Source: an uncultured Acidobacteriota bacterium (GTDB lineage Bacteria > Acidobacteriota > Terriglobia > Acidiferrales > UBA7541). From it: 64,000 nucleotides of DNA. Under the pieces are notes generated by a model, which was given only the letters and a program-made list of their open reading frames with translations, had not been told where the DNA came from and did no database searches. Made by a program: the position numbers and the translations under genes. Location of the stretch: contig CAWFDD010000003.1 in NCBI GenBank assembly GCA_963814605.1, positions 609,734 through 673,733 on the forward strand. Direction: 5' to 3'. Shown one piece after another: positions 1-9,422 of this stretch (its first letter is position 1; every line of letters starts with the position of its first letter).

Positions 1-741
1 GGTGCCAGGCGTCAGCTCGGGCTGGAATCCCTGGCCATCATCTGTCACGCGAAGCCGTGCCCGTTGAGAATCGAGGGAAATTTCGATCCGCACTTCGTGA
101 GCCTGAGCATGTTTGACGACATTCGACAAGGCCTCCTGACTGATTCTCAGTAAACCCCTCTCAATGTGCGCAGGAAGGCGACGGCTGATCCCCTCAAAAG
201 ACAATCGAACGCTAAATGGGTTGCCACTCGTCAGGTCCTTGACCAGGCATTCGATGGCGTTCTTGAGATCCAACTTCTGCAGCTCCTCTGGGTACAAATC
301 CCATAGGGCACAGCGCATTTCAGTCATGCTGCCACGGATCAACTGAAGTGCACGAAGAACATGTTCTCGTGCCTCTGAAATCTTGCCCTGGAAATCGCCA
401 GCCAACTCCAAATGCATTATCGCGCCCGTGTGCGCTTGGCAAACGGTGTCGTGAAGTTCGAGAGCCATTCGCTTGCGTTCGTTGTGCACAGCTTCTTGTG
501 TGAGTTTTTCTGTTACGAGGTCAAGCGCATGCTTTGCGTCCTGACGAGAAACCCATAGGTACGCCAGCACGGCAGCCGCTGCCCCGATAATCAAATCGTT
601 GAGGACAGTCGTGGCAGGAACGACACCCAAACGAACTAAGCGAGCGAAGTAAACATCCAAGGCGTAATTCGCCAGCGCAATAAATATGCCAAGGACCAAA
701 GAGCCGATGACTCGTCTTACGAGCCTCTCGTCAGGCGACAT
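1..741 (-). CDS. Sensor histidine kinase, HisKA_3 (NarL-partner) type. It is partial because the 3' end runs off the window, which is why it is missing from the ORF track.
   Basis: A reverse-strand ATG at 741 gives MSPDERLVRRVIGSLVLGIFIALANY... with two hydrophobic N-terminal segments. The H-box is ...RKRMALELHDTVCQAHTGA... The ATPase part is ...LRISQEALSNVVKHAQAHEVRIEISL...RLRVTDDGQGF... Confidence 0.75.
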   Translation of the reverse strand, partial: MSPDERLVRRVIGSLVLGIFIALANYALDVYFARLVRLGVVPATTVLNDLIIGAAAAVLAYLWVSRQDAKHALDLVTEKLTQEAVHNERKRMALELHDTVCQAHTGAIMHLELAGDFQGKISEAREHVLRALQLIRGSMTEMRCALWDLYPEELQKLDLKNAIECLVKDLTSGNPFSVRLSFEGISRRLPAHIERGLLRISQEALSNVVKHAQAHEVRIEISLDSQRARLRVTDDGQGFQPELTPGT

Positions 742-1014
742 GGCGGATGACAACCTCGAGTCCGGACGCAAGAGATTTGTGGCGAAACATTAGTATAGGA
801 CGTCAACTTCGAAAAGCAATTCGCTAAAGAAAGAATCGAGCGCAATCGAGGTCCCTACCACGATGGTTATAGAGCTCGTTACACACAATGGGGAATTGAT
901 TGGCACAAACGGCCGGACTATCTTTCCGATTACTCGGGGGCATCGAGCCGACATTCCCTTCCGCTGCCTCATGAGTTCAGTGGAAAACAATCGATCACTA
1001 GGAGGAAGCTTAAG

Positions 1015-1536
1015 ATGTCTACCCAATCAGCGAATGCGATGCAGCCGAACAAGGGTTCGGTACCTGTCCGGCAGGGCTCCATGGATTTGTTAGAGCGATT
1101 CGACGAAGTCTATGACTCAATTGCTCGGCGGGCGTTCGAGCTTTTCAAGGGCAATGGCCAATCGGCGGGACATGAATTGGATGACTGGCTTCGAGCTGAG
1201 GCGGAACTGTTGCACCCCGTCCGCTTGTATATCGCGGAGTCGGACGGCGACCTTACCGTCCGAGCAGAAGTGCCAGGCTTCGTGGCGAACGATCTTGAAA
1301 TCAAAGTCGAGCCCCACCGTTTGAGTATTGCGGGGCGCCGCGAAATTAAAGAAGAAAAGAAATGCAGGAAACTCCATTCCGAATGGTGCGCCGACCAAAT
1401 CTTGCGCGTGGTCGACTTACCGATGGACGTGGACACCGCCAAGGTCAATGCGATCCTGAAGGACGGCGTTCTTACGATTGATCTCCCCAAGGCCCCACAC
1501 GCCAGAGCAACACGCATCGAGGCAAGGCCAGCCTGA
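1015..1536 (+). CDS. Hsp20/alpha-crystallin family small heat-shock protein
   Basis: The RBS aggagga lies 8 nt upstream of the ATG. The alpha-crystallin core reads ...DLTVRAEVPGFVANDLEIKVEPHRLSIAGRRE...VDTAKVNAILKDGVLTIDLPKA. Confidence 0.85.
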   Translation: MSTQSANAMQPNKGSVPVRQGSMDLLERFDEVYDSIARRAFELFKGNGQSAGHELDDWLRAEAELLHPVRLYIAESDGDLTVRAEVPGFVANDLEIKVEPHRLSIAGRREIKEEKKCRKLHSEWCADQILRVVDLPMDVDTAKVNAILKDGVLTIDLPKAPHARATRIEARPA

Positions 1537-1812
1537 AGCGAGCGTCACGGTCCGCCGCCTCATTGCTACGTTCCAGGCATGAAATGGCGGCGGGCGGTGG
1601 CCAGCCTTAGCGGGCCCGGGTTAAGAGTGACTGGCAAGGCAGGCGAGGCACGTTCCGCTAGGCCTATCCCACCCGGGGTCACAAAATGCGCAGAGTATGA
1701 CGACATGGACGATAACTAGACACCGCCAGACACACCCTGATTTATACGATGGTTTCCTCAAATTAGGACACCACCGGATTCGGCGTCGGAAGTCGCTTGC
1801 GAAGCGCGAATC

Positions 1813-4101
1813 CTAATTGGGCGTCGCGGACTCCGAGAGCACTTTGCGGATTTGGTCGGCCTGCGCGTAGTTCGGGTTGAGTTTCAGCGTGTCTTCGAGC
1901 TGCTGCTTGGCCATGGTGCGGTTGTTTGCTTTCTCATAGGCCATACCGAGGTGATAGTGGAAATTGGGATTCTGCGGATTTCCGTTGACCGCTTCCTGCA
2001 GCGTATTGATTGCGGAGCTGTACACGCCCTGATGGTAGTAGGCCCAGCCGAGAGTATCGGCGGCGCTGGGAACGTCGGGCATTCCTTTGCGGGCGGTTTG
2101 CGCGAGCGACAGCGCCACGTTGATGTTGCCGTCATGCTCGAGCATCAAGTAGGCGAGATTGTTTGCGGCGACGGCGTAGTCCGGCTGTATCTGCAGGGCT
2201 TTCTGGTAGAGATCTTCCGCCTGCTGCCACTCTCCGCGGGCTTCCATCAGGGTCGCGAGAAAAATGTAAGTTCGGAGGTCGCGTGGATTTTCCTGGAGGG
2301 CGCGCTGATAGTTGGCAATGGCCTGATCCACCGATCCGCGCGCAACCTGGGAGCTGGCCAGCATGAGAAACGCGCTGATGTTGTTCCTGTCGAGATCGAT
2401 AGCTTTTTGGAAAGCCTCCTCGGCTTTCGCCGGGTTCTGGTCGCGGAGTTCAGCCTGGCCAAGAAGAACATAAAAAGTACTGTTATCGGGCACGCGGGCA
2501 ATTTGGTCCTGCACGCGGCGCAGCGCCTGCGCCGGCTGCTTATGCTCAAGGTCTATGTGAACGAGTCCAGAGAGCGCACCCGAGTCGGACGGATTTAGGG
2601 CAAGAGCCTGGGAGTAGAGTTTTGCTGCGTCGTCGAGCCGCTTCTGGGCGACGCGCAGGTCGCCCATGAGCGCAAACGGGGCGGCGTCTTTTGGCGCTGC
2701 GGTCATGGCCTTGTTCAAATCCGCCTCGGCGCCCGCAGCGTCGCCTTTGGCGAGCAGGGCGCGAGCGTGAAACAAATAACCTTCGGATGCGCGCGGTTCA
2801 AGCTTGATCAGCTGTTCGCTGCTGTCAACGAGCAGGGCGCTGTTGTGCTGTCGCGCGGCGATTACCGCGAGGCCGCGTTCGGCTTCGATCATATTCGGGC
2901 GCAAACGAGCGGCTTGCGCCAACTCCGTCTGGGCCTGGCCGAAATTCGACACATCCGCGTAGGCGATGCCGAGATGATAGTGCGCGAGTGGATTATCGGG
3001 TGCGGCCTTAACGGCGGCCTCCAACACTGGAACGGCGTCACTTGCTTTGCCCTGGCGAATCAGAATGTCTCCGCGCATGACCAGGCACTCGACATCCGTG
3101 GGCGTTTTTTTAAGGAGAGCATCGTTGAGCTTTGCCGCTTCGTCGAGATGGTTCTGGAGAATCCGTATCTCAATGTAAGCTTTGGTGACCGAAGTGTCTT
3201 TGGGATGGTCGGCATGAAGCGAGGCGAACTCTGAGGCGGCCTTATCCAAATCGCCTTGCGTCAAATAATAGTCGCCAAGCATGCGGTAGCCAGTCGGGTT
3301 GTCCTTCTGCGCGGCTTTCCCATCGCGCATGGCCTGCTCGGCCATGTCCTTTTGGCCTTCGCTTAGATAGAGCCTGGCCAGCGCAGCGCGTGCGACCGGA
3401 TCCTGCGGGGCTACTGCGACCGCGGCCTGAAACTGCTTCTCCGCGTCGGACGGCCGCTTCTGACGCTCCAAGAAGCTGCCGTATTGCAAGAGGGCCGAGG
3501 CAGATTTCGGGTCGAGCGAAATCGCCTTCTGATAATTCTGTGCGGCTGAAGCGAAGTCCTTATTCCGTTCCTGAAGCTCTGCGAGATTCAGATAAGACGC
3601 GGCGCGATTCGGATCCAACTCGATGGCCTGATGCGCATCGCGGAGAGCCGTGGGGAGATCGCCTTGCGCCGCATCAGTGCCCGCCAAAAGCATTCGAGCC
3701 TCGGCGCTTTGAGGATCGCTCTGCAGGACGGTTTCGGCATGTTTTCGCGCTTCCACGGAGTTGTGCCCGAGCAACAGCAGGTTGCCCAAATCCATTTGGG
3801 CTTTCATGTTCGCCGGGTCGAGCCTAACGGTACTCGACAGTTCCTGGTAGGCGCCTCTCAAATTGTCCTGCTTCAGGAAGCACTGTGCCAAGCCGAAGTG
3901 GGCGTCTGCATATTTGGGATCAATCTGGATCGCGTTTTCGTATTCGATCGCTGCTTCGCGGATTTTTCCGTCCTGAAAGTACGAGGCGGCTCTGTCCATG
4001 TAGGCCTTCTTCCGTGCTTCGGGGTTGCGACGGCAACCGTCGATCAAGCACGGAAAAGAGAGCACCAGAATCCAAACTAACCACTTTCCGCGAACTGTCA
4101 T
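1813..4101 (-). CDS. TPR-repeat lipoprotein, PEP-CTERM-locus PrsT-like
   Basis: About 760 aa of tandem TPR motifs (repeated A..Y.kAi.ldP patterns). The N-terminus MTVRGKWLVWILVLSFPCLIDGC resembles a lipoprotein signal. I prefer the ATG at 4101 (gaggga RBS) over the ORF-track start at 4125. Confidence 0.8.
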   Translation of the reverse strand: MTVRGKWLVWILVLSFPCLIDGCRRNPEARKKAYMDRAASYFQDGKIREAAIEYENAIQIDPKYADAHFGLAQCFLKQDNLRGAYQELSSTVRLDPANMKAQMDLGNLLLLGHNSVEARKHAETVLQSDPQSAEARMLLAGTDAAQGDLPTALRDAHQAIELDPNRAASYLNLAELQERNKDFASAAQNYQKAISLDPKSASALLQYGSFLERQKRPSDAEKQFQAAVAVAPQDPVARAALARLYLSEGQKDMAEQAMRDGKAAQKDNPTGYRMLGDYYLTQGDLDKAASEFASLHADHPKDTSVTKAYIEIRILQNHLDEAAKLNDALLKKTPTDVECLVMRGDILIRQGKASDAVPVLEAAVKAAPDNPLAHYHLGIAYADVSNFGQAQTELAQAARLRPNMIEAERGLAVIAARQHNSALLVDSSEQLIKLEPRASEGYLFHARALLAKGDAAGAEADLNKAMTAAPKDAAPFALMGDLRVAQKRLDDAAKLYSQALALNPSDSGALSGLVHIDLEHKQPAQALRRVQDQIARVPDNSTFYVLLGQAELRDQNPAKAEEAFQKAIDLDRNNISAFLMLASSQVARGSVDQAIANYQRALQENPRDLRTYIFLATLMEARGEWQQAEDLYQKALQIQPDYAVAANNLAYLMLEHDGNINVALSLAQTARKGMPDVPSAADTLGWAYYHQGVYSSAINTLQEAVNGNPQNPNFHYHLGMAYEKANNRTMAKQQLEDTLKLNPNYAQADQIRKVLSESATPN

Positions 4102-4613
4102 TTCTGTCCCTCGGCTCCCGACCATGATAGCAGCCGGTTATTCAATCGGTGAGGCAGCGAGCGCCGTCTATTATGATGCAATCTAGCGCCCGGTCCGGTG
4201 AGGGAATTTTGGAATGGACACGATGCCGCTAAGTCACGCACAATCTGGGACTTGAAGAAGACGCAGGGCGAATTCGGCGCGAACTTCTTTGGGATGGGGC
4301 CGTTCAGTCCGTGGGTCAATCATCTCCGAGATGTGGAACACTTTTTCCACTGTTCGGCCTCTCGACTCCATGAAATCCCCAATGCGTGGCGAATGTAAGT
4401 TGCTGATTAGAGGTCATTAACCGGCATTCTTGGCGTAAGTCATTATTAATCAGCGTCGGGAACGAAATGGCAAGCACTTTACCCATTCGTGGAAGCTGGT
4501 CGGGACTAAATGGGCATTCCTAGCGAACCGACGCCAGCTGCCAATGCCATATAACGTTATGCAAAAAAGCCAGTTATTTTGGATTCCGTTTTGGGCATAG
4601 GAGCGCCTGGTAC

Positions 4614-4629
4614 TGGCAGTCGTCGTGCA
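4614..4629 (+). promoter_or_regulatory. Candidate sigma54 (-24/-12) promoter P1: TGGCAG-N5-GTGC
   Basis: TGGCAGTCGTCGTGCA matches 8 of the 10 specified positions of TGGCAC-N5-TTGC with exact spacing. It lies 78 nt upstream of the ATG at 4707. Confidence 0.4.
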
Positions 4630-4706
4630 ATCTCAAGTTTCCGGAGGAGTAGGTCGCGTCGGCAGTCGGACGGCAGTAGAACGCGATCGGAACTTGACCG
4701 TATCTC

Positions 4707-5678
4707 ATGACCAGCCAAAGAGTTGACGAACTAACGGTGCAGCAAGTTGACGCCGGCTTCGTTGGAGGCATCAGCCCCGTCATGCAGGCTCTGGAAGGCG
4801 TGGTTGGTGAGATCGCTCCCACAAGTATTCCGGTGTTGCTGGTTGGAGAAAGCGGCACGGGCAAAGAGATGTTCGCGAACCGGATTCATAAGCTTTCGGA
4901 GTTCGGCGAACAGCGGATGGCAAGAATATCCTGCGCGGCCATGAATCCGAGCGCGTTTTCGGGCGAACTGGGACTGAATTCGAACGGACGGAGCGAGACT
5001 GCGAAGAACGCATTCGGCACGCTGTTCCTGGACGAAATCAGCGAACTGGAACCCGAATGCCAGCGCAGTTTGCTGTGCGCGCTGCCTGACGGTGATGCCG
5101 GAACGCGAAGGGGGTTGCTGAAAGCGCGCGTAATTTCGACGACCAGCCGGAACCTGGACGAAGAAATGCGCGAGGGGCGTTTTCGAAGAGAACTCTATTA
5201 TCGGATTAACGGTGTCTGTTTGCGATTGCCGCCTCTGCGCGAACGAAAGGAAGATATTCCGCTGCTGGCAGATTTTTTCCTGGCCAAGCATGCTTCGCAA
5301 ATGCGCCGAGCGAGGCCGTCGGTGAGTCCTCGCACGCTCGAAGCGTTTCTGGATCATTCCTGGCCGGGCAACATACGCGAGCTTGAAAACGTGGTGATAA
5401 AATTGGTGGCGCTTGGGGATGAGCGGCTGGCCATCGCGGAACTGGGAAACGCTGTTTTCGTCGCCCGAAGGACAGAGGCGGTTGCGGTTCAGGGCCATTC
5501 CCTGAAGGCCGCGGCCCGAGCGGCATCGCGCGAAGCGGAGCGCGAACTGATTTTGAAGGCCTTGGCGCGAACGCGATGGAATCGGAAGCGCGCCGCACAG
5601 GAATTGCAGATTAGCTACAAATCCCTGCTGTACAAACTGAAGCAGATCGGGTTCGATGAGTCTGAGGTGAATCCGTGA
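4707..5678 (+). CDS. AAA+ enhancer-binding-protein (NtrC-family) homolog with a Fis-type HTH. It has no receiver or sensory domain, and the GAFTGA loop is deleted.
   Basis: Walker A is GESGTGKE and Walker B is GTLFLDEISEL. The Arg-finger region is FRRELYYRING, followed by PPLRERKEDI and WPGNIRELENV. The C-terminal HTH is RKRAAQELQISYKSLLYKLKQ. An in-frame TGA lies 4 codons upstream of the ATG, so no N-terminal domain is possible. Confidence 0.85.
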   Translation: MTSQRVDELTVQQVDAGFVGGISPVMQALEGVVGEIAPTSIPVLLVGESGTGKEMFANRIHKLSEFGEQRMARISCAAMNPSAFSGELGLNSNGRSETAKNAFGTLFLDEISELEPECQRSLLCALPDGDAGTRRGLLKARVISTTSRNLDEEMREGRFRRELYYRINGVCLRLPPLRERKEDIPLLADFFLAKHASQMRRARPSVSPRTLEAFLDHSWPGNIRELENVVIKLVALGDERLAIAELGNAVFVARRTEAVAVQGHSLKAAARAASREAERELILKALARTRWNRKRAAQELQISYKSLLYKLKQIGFDESEVNP

Positions 5679-5692
5679 GAAGGGAGTGGGCG

Positions 5693-6316
5693 ATGTTGAG
5701 GAAATTCCAACTGGGAGCGGCGGTCGCGCTTTTACTGATTGTCTCTCCGTCGCGCGCTCAAGAGAAGGCAGACAAGAATCCTCCTGCGGCGGGGGAAACC
5801 GGCAGCGCGGCGCCAAAGTCGGCGACCGTTGACCCAAGCTATGTAATCGGCGGGCAGGATGTGCTTGATATCAGCGTTTGGAAAGAGGCTGAACTGACGC
5901 GAGTCGTTCCGGTGCGACCCGACGGCAAGATCTCGCTGCCGCTGCTGAATGATGTGCAGGCGGCGGGATTAACTCCGACACAGCTGGCGGCACAGATTAC
6001 GGAGAGTCTGAAGAAATTCGTGACCAATCCTCAGGTAACAGTGATCGTGACGGCTATCAACAGCCAGAGAATCTATATTCTCGGCGAGGTGAACCGCGCG
6101 GGCGCTTATCCGCTGTTGCCGAATATGACGGTATTGCAGGGATTGTCGAGCGCGGGCGGATTCACGCTGTTCGCCAATCTGAAGAAGATTTACATGTTTC
6201 GCATGGAGAACGGCAAGCAGGTGAAATACCCGTTCAACTACAAAGACGTGATCAACGGGAAAGCACCCGAGGAAAACGTGGTGCTCAAGGCCGGCGATAC
6301 GATCGTGGTTCCGTAG
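5693..6316 (+). CDS. Polysaccharide export protein, Wza/EpsE-like (Poly_export + SLBB)
   Basis: A signal peptide (MLRKFQLGAAVALLLIVSPSRAQE) is followed by ...YVIGGQDVLDISVWKE.ELTRVVPVRPDGKISLPLLNDVQAAGLTPTQLA..I. I prefer the ATG at 5693 (agggag RBS) over the GTG at 5675. Confidence 0.85.
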   Translation: MLRKFQLGAAVALLLIVSPSRAQEKADKNPPAAGETGSAAPKSATVDPSYVIGGQDVLDISVWKEAELTRVVPVRPDGKISLPLLNDVQAAGLTPTQLAAQITESLKKFVTNPQVTVIVTAINSQRIYILGEVNRAGAYPLLPNMTVLQGLSSAGGFTLFANLKKIYMFRMENGKQVKYPFNYKDVINGKAPEENVVLKAGDTIVVP

Positions 6317-6321
6317 GGGAG

Positions 6322-7827
6322 ATGATGAAAACGTTTTTTTACATTGTCGCGACGGCTGTGTGCGTGGTTGCGCTGAGTGCTCCTGCGGTACGTGCGCAAC
6401 AGCCAGCACCGGACCAGAGCCAGCCACAGGCGCCGGATCAGACCCAGCAACAGACTCCGTCGGATCAGGCGCCGGCCCAAGCTGCCACGCCAATTCCTGC
6501 GTATCATTCGCCGCTGGCGTCGGCGGCGAACAATGATGACGAAGACAACGTAACGGAACTGACGCCCGATACGAGCGCGCTGACGGGCGTGCAGAATTTG
6601 ACCATCGGTGCGCCGGTATCGCGCAGCTACTGGCAACCGCACGTTGACTTTACTTCCACCGTGGATTCCAACCCGCAGATCGCGCCTGGACAGAGCAGCT
6701 GGGGCACATGGACTTCCATTATCGGCGGAGTCGATTTGCATCGCACGTCGGGAAATTCCGTGTTGGTACTGGACTACCTCGGCGGCGGAATGTTTTCCAA
6801 TGATTCCAATGGAAACAATGGAGTGCTGCAGGGGCTCAATTTTTCGGACAGGTACTTGTTTCGACGGTGGGCGATTTTGTTTTTCGACCAGCTCAACTAT
6901 TCGCCGGGATCGGCGTTCGGATTGAATGGGCTGGGCGGGGACAGCTTTCCCGGGGGGGGGGCGGCGGGCACAGGAACCCCGTTCAACCCGGGCCAGTCTC
7001 TACTTACCGGGCAGGGCCAGATCCTTCAGAATTCTTTCAACACGGAAGTGGATACGTATCTGACGGCGCGTTCGTCGCTGACGTTTGTGGGGGGATACTC
7101 CCTGGGGCACTATTTTCAGAGCGATTTGTTCGATTACGGGAACGCGAACTTTCGAGTTGGTTACAACTACCAGCTCGACCGGAGAAACACCATTGGTTTG
7201 TCCTATACGTTCAGCGAATTCAACTACAGCAATTCCAATCAGTCGATCACCAGTCATACGGCGCAGGTCTCGTACGGCCGGCGGGTGACCGGGCGCCTGG
7301 CGTTGCAAGTGGGAGTGGGCCCACAGATTTCTTTTTCCCATGAGCCCATTACGGGCGCGGTATCGCCCGGCGGAGCCCCTGGGGCGACTTCGGCGACTTT
7401 GGTCGGCTGGGCGCTGAACGCGAACCTGCAATACCAGTGGGAAAGAACGAGCTTAATCCTGTCCTACAATCACGGTGTGGGAGGGGGGGCGGGGTTACTG
7501 GCCGGCTCTCTGACGGATACCGCGAGCGGATCCGTTACGCGGCGAGTTTCGCGGACTTTTTCGAGCGGAATCACAGGCGGATATTCGCGAAATCAGGGAG
7601 AAGCGATCGGCTTGGGGGCGGCGACCAATCAAACATTCGATTACTGGCTCGGCGGAGCGAGTCTCAGCCATCCGATTGGACGCACTTTGGGACTCTCGCT
7701 GTCGTATCAATTTCAATATCAGACTTCCAATACTCCGCTCTGTGTCGGGCCGACATGCGCAACGAACGTGACACGCAATTTGATTTCCTTTGGAGTGGGA
7801 TGGCACGAGCGGCCGTTATTGTTCTAG
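6322..7827 (+). CDS. Outer-membrane beta-barrel protein of the EPS export cassette
   Basis: The signal peptide ends AVRA/QQ and is followed by a Q/P/D-rich low-complexity linker. The rest shows alternating Y/G/S/T-rich strands and ends in ...WHERPLLF, a C-terminal aromatic residue typical of OMPs. Confidence 0.7.
   Translation: MMKTFFYIVATAVCVVALSAPAVRAQQPAPDQSQPQAPDQTQQQTPSDQAPAQAATPIPAYHSPLASAANNDDEDNVTELTPDTSALTGVQNLTIGAPVSRSYWQPHVDFTSTVDSNPQIAPGQSSWGTWTSIIGGVDLHRTSGNSVLVLDYLGGGMFSNDSNGNNGVLQGLNFSDRYLFRRWAILFFDQLNYSPGSAFGLNGLGGDSFPGGGAAGTGTPFNPGQSLLTGQGQILQNSFNTEVDTYLTARSSLTFVGGYSLGHYFQSDLFDYGNANFRVGYNYQLDRRNTIGLSYTFSEFNYSNSNQSITSHTAQVSYGRRVTGRLALQVGVGPQISFSHEPITGAVSPGGAPGATSATLVGWALNANLQYQWERTSLILSYNHGVGGGAGLLAGSLTDTASGSVTRRVSRTFSSGITGGYSRNQGEAIGLGAATNQTFDYWLGGASLSHPIGRTLGLSLSYQFQYQTSNTPLCVGPTCATNVTRNLISFGVGWHERPLLF
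6952..6961 (+). repeat. G10 homopolymeric tract inside the OMP coding sequence (encodes GGG-A)
   Basis: Counted directly: c6951, g6952-g6961, c6962. A second G7 run lies at 7483-7489 in the same gene. Confidence 0.95.
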
Positions 7828-7891
7828 CGATGGAAGCGAAGGATGATGATCGGCGGGCTGGGCAAGAGATGCACATGGCAGGGAGGCCGGC

Positions 7892-9415
7892 ATGACGGAA
7901 CGTGAACTGACTCCAGCAGACTATCTGGCGATGCTTCGCCGGCGATGGATTCTGATTGCAGCGTGCGCCGTTGTCGGAGCGCCGCTCGCGTACGGAATTT
8001 CACTCTTCCTGCCGAGCCAGTACGTGTCCCAAACACTCGTTCTTGTGGATCAACAGACTGTGCCGACGGATTTTGTGAGGCCAGTGGACACAACGAACAT
8101 CGGCCAGCGTCTGGCGAGCATGCAACAACAGATTTTGAGCCGTACGCGATTGGAGCCGATGATTCGACAATTCGGGCTGTATGCAAACGACGCCAATCGA
8201 GCTTCTATGGACACGCTTGTGGCACGGTTGCAGAAGGCGATCGAAGTGACACCGGTGCAACCAATGGCGCAGACGCAGGCGACCAATTTGCCGGGATTCT
8301 TCGTCAAAGTCACATTGGGCAACCCGCGAACAGCGCAGCAGGTGTGCACTGCGATCACTTCAATGTTCATTGAGCAGAGCCTTTCGCTCCGCCAACAGCA
8401 TTCGCAAGACACAACTCAATTCCTGTCCCAACAACTGGACGATGCCAAGACGCAACTCGATCAGCAGGACGCCAAGCTGGCTGCGTTCAAGTCGCGCTAT
8501 ATCGGCTCGCTCCCGGATGAAGAACAGACGAACTTGAACCTGCTAACCGGATTGACGACGCAACTCGATGCAGCGACTCAGGCACTGGCTCGCGCTCAAC
8601 AGGATAAGACTTTCGCAGAATCCATGCTGGCTCAACAGCTCGCGGCTTGGCAGGAGGCCCAGACTGGCCGCAACCCGGACACGCTGGAGCAGCAGCTCGC
8701 GGTTCTGCAAACCCAGCTATCCAGCCTCGAGGCAAGGTATACGGAAGACTATCCGGATGTGATCAAGACGAAGAATGACATTGCCGCTCTCCAGAAGAAA
8801 GTCGCGGAGAACGAAGGCGCGAAGGGCGTCACGGATCCCTCCAAGGCTCCGAGGTCTTCCGTCGAGCCCGCACAGATCACCCAGTTGCGAGGGCAGATCC
8901 ACGCGCTCGAGCAGACGATCGCCGAGAAGTCGAAGGATCAGGAACAGATCAAGCAGCAAATAAAGCTATATCAAGACCGCGTTCAATCGAGTCCGGTGGT
9001 GGAAGAGCAATACAAAGAGTTAACTCGCGGCTATCAAACGGCCCTGGATTCTTATAATGAACTGCAAAAGAAACGCGGCGAATCGGCGATGGCAACGGAA
9101 CTGGAACGCCAACAGGAAGGTGAACAGTTCCGCGTCCTTGACCCGGCCAATTTGCCGGACCAGCCCAGCTATCCAAATCGTCTTCTTTTCACTACGGGTG
9201 GACTAGCTGGTGGACTGGCGTTGGGATTGGGAATAGCAATCCTACTGGAGATGCGTGACACGTCGATGCGTACGGAGCGAGACATCGAGTTCGTCCTGAA
9301 ATTGCCCGTGCTCGCGTTGGTTCCCGACATCAAGCCATTGTCGGGGAAACCCTCGAGGCCGGCGGCCATTCCGCCAGACACGAGATCGATTCCGAGTCTG
9401 GACGCGGGAGCTTAA
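7892..9415 (+). CDS. Polysaccharide chain-length determinant (Wzz/GumC/EpsF-like PCP without a kinase domain)
   Basis: The N-terminal TM segment is WILIAACAVVGAPLAYGISLFL. A long coiled-coil periplasmic region rich in Q/L/A follows, then a C-terminal TM segment (GGLAGGLALGLGIAILLEM). Confidence 0.85.
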   Translation: MTERELTPADYLAMLRRRWILIAACAVVGAPLAYGISLFLPSQYVSQTLVLVDQQTVPTDFVRPVDTTNIGQRLASMQQQILSRTRLEPMIRQFGLYANDANRASMDTLVARLQKAIEVTPVQPMAQTQATNLPGFFVKVTLGNPRTAQQVCTAITSMFIEQSLSLRQQHSQDTTQFLSQQLDDAKTQLDQQDAKLAAFKSRYIGSLPDEEQTNLNLLTGLTTQLDAATQALARAQQDKTFAESMLAQQLAAWQEAQTGRNPDTLEQQLAVLQTQLSSLEARYTEDYPDVIKTKNDIAALQKKVAENEGAKGVTDPSKAPRSSVEPAQITQLRGQIHALEQTIAEKSKDQEQIKQQIKLYQDRVQSSPVVEEQYKELTRGYQTALDSYNELQKKRGESAMATELERQQEGEQFRVLDPANLPDQPSYPNRLLFTTGGLAGGLALGLGIAILLEMRDTSMRTERDIEFVLKLPVLALVPDIKPLSGKPSRPAAIPPDTRSIPSLDAGA

Positions 9416-9422
9416 GGAGAAC

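Noticed and set aside
1543-1584. GC-rich inverted repeat CCGCCGCC...GGCGGCGG after hsp20, considered as an intrinsic terminator. Small hairpins at 1794-1806, 34041-34064 and 63731-63749 were considered too.
   Set aside because: The 1543 repeat has a 26-nt loop and no U-tract. The others have stems of only 5-6 bp without a T-run. None is convincing without energy calculations.
4731-5837. Long antisense or out-of-frame ORFs in the track. Examples are 4731-5837 (-), 1852-2598 (+), 15407-16159 (-), 34641-35231 (-), 35659-36216 (-) and 41771-42307 (+).
   Set aside because: Each lies entirely inside a gene with clear family motifs on the other strand or frame. Their translations are Arg/Ser/Pro/Gly-rich with no recognisable domain, as expected for shadow ORFs in GC-rich DNA.
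6385-6500. Q/P/D-rich low-complexity segment after the OMP signal peptide, considered as a tandem DNA repeat.
   Set aside because: At nucleotide level there are only short, imperfect reiterations (ggcgccggatcag / ggatcaggcgccgg). It is better described as a disordered linker than as a repeat array.
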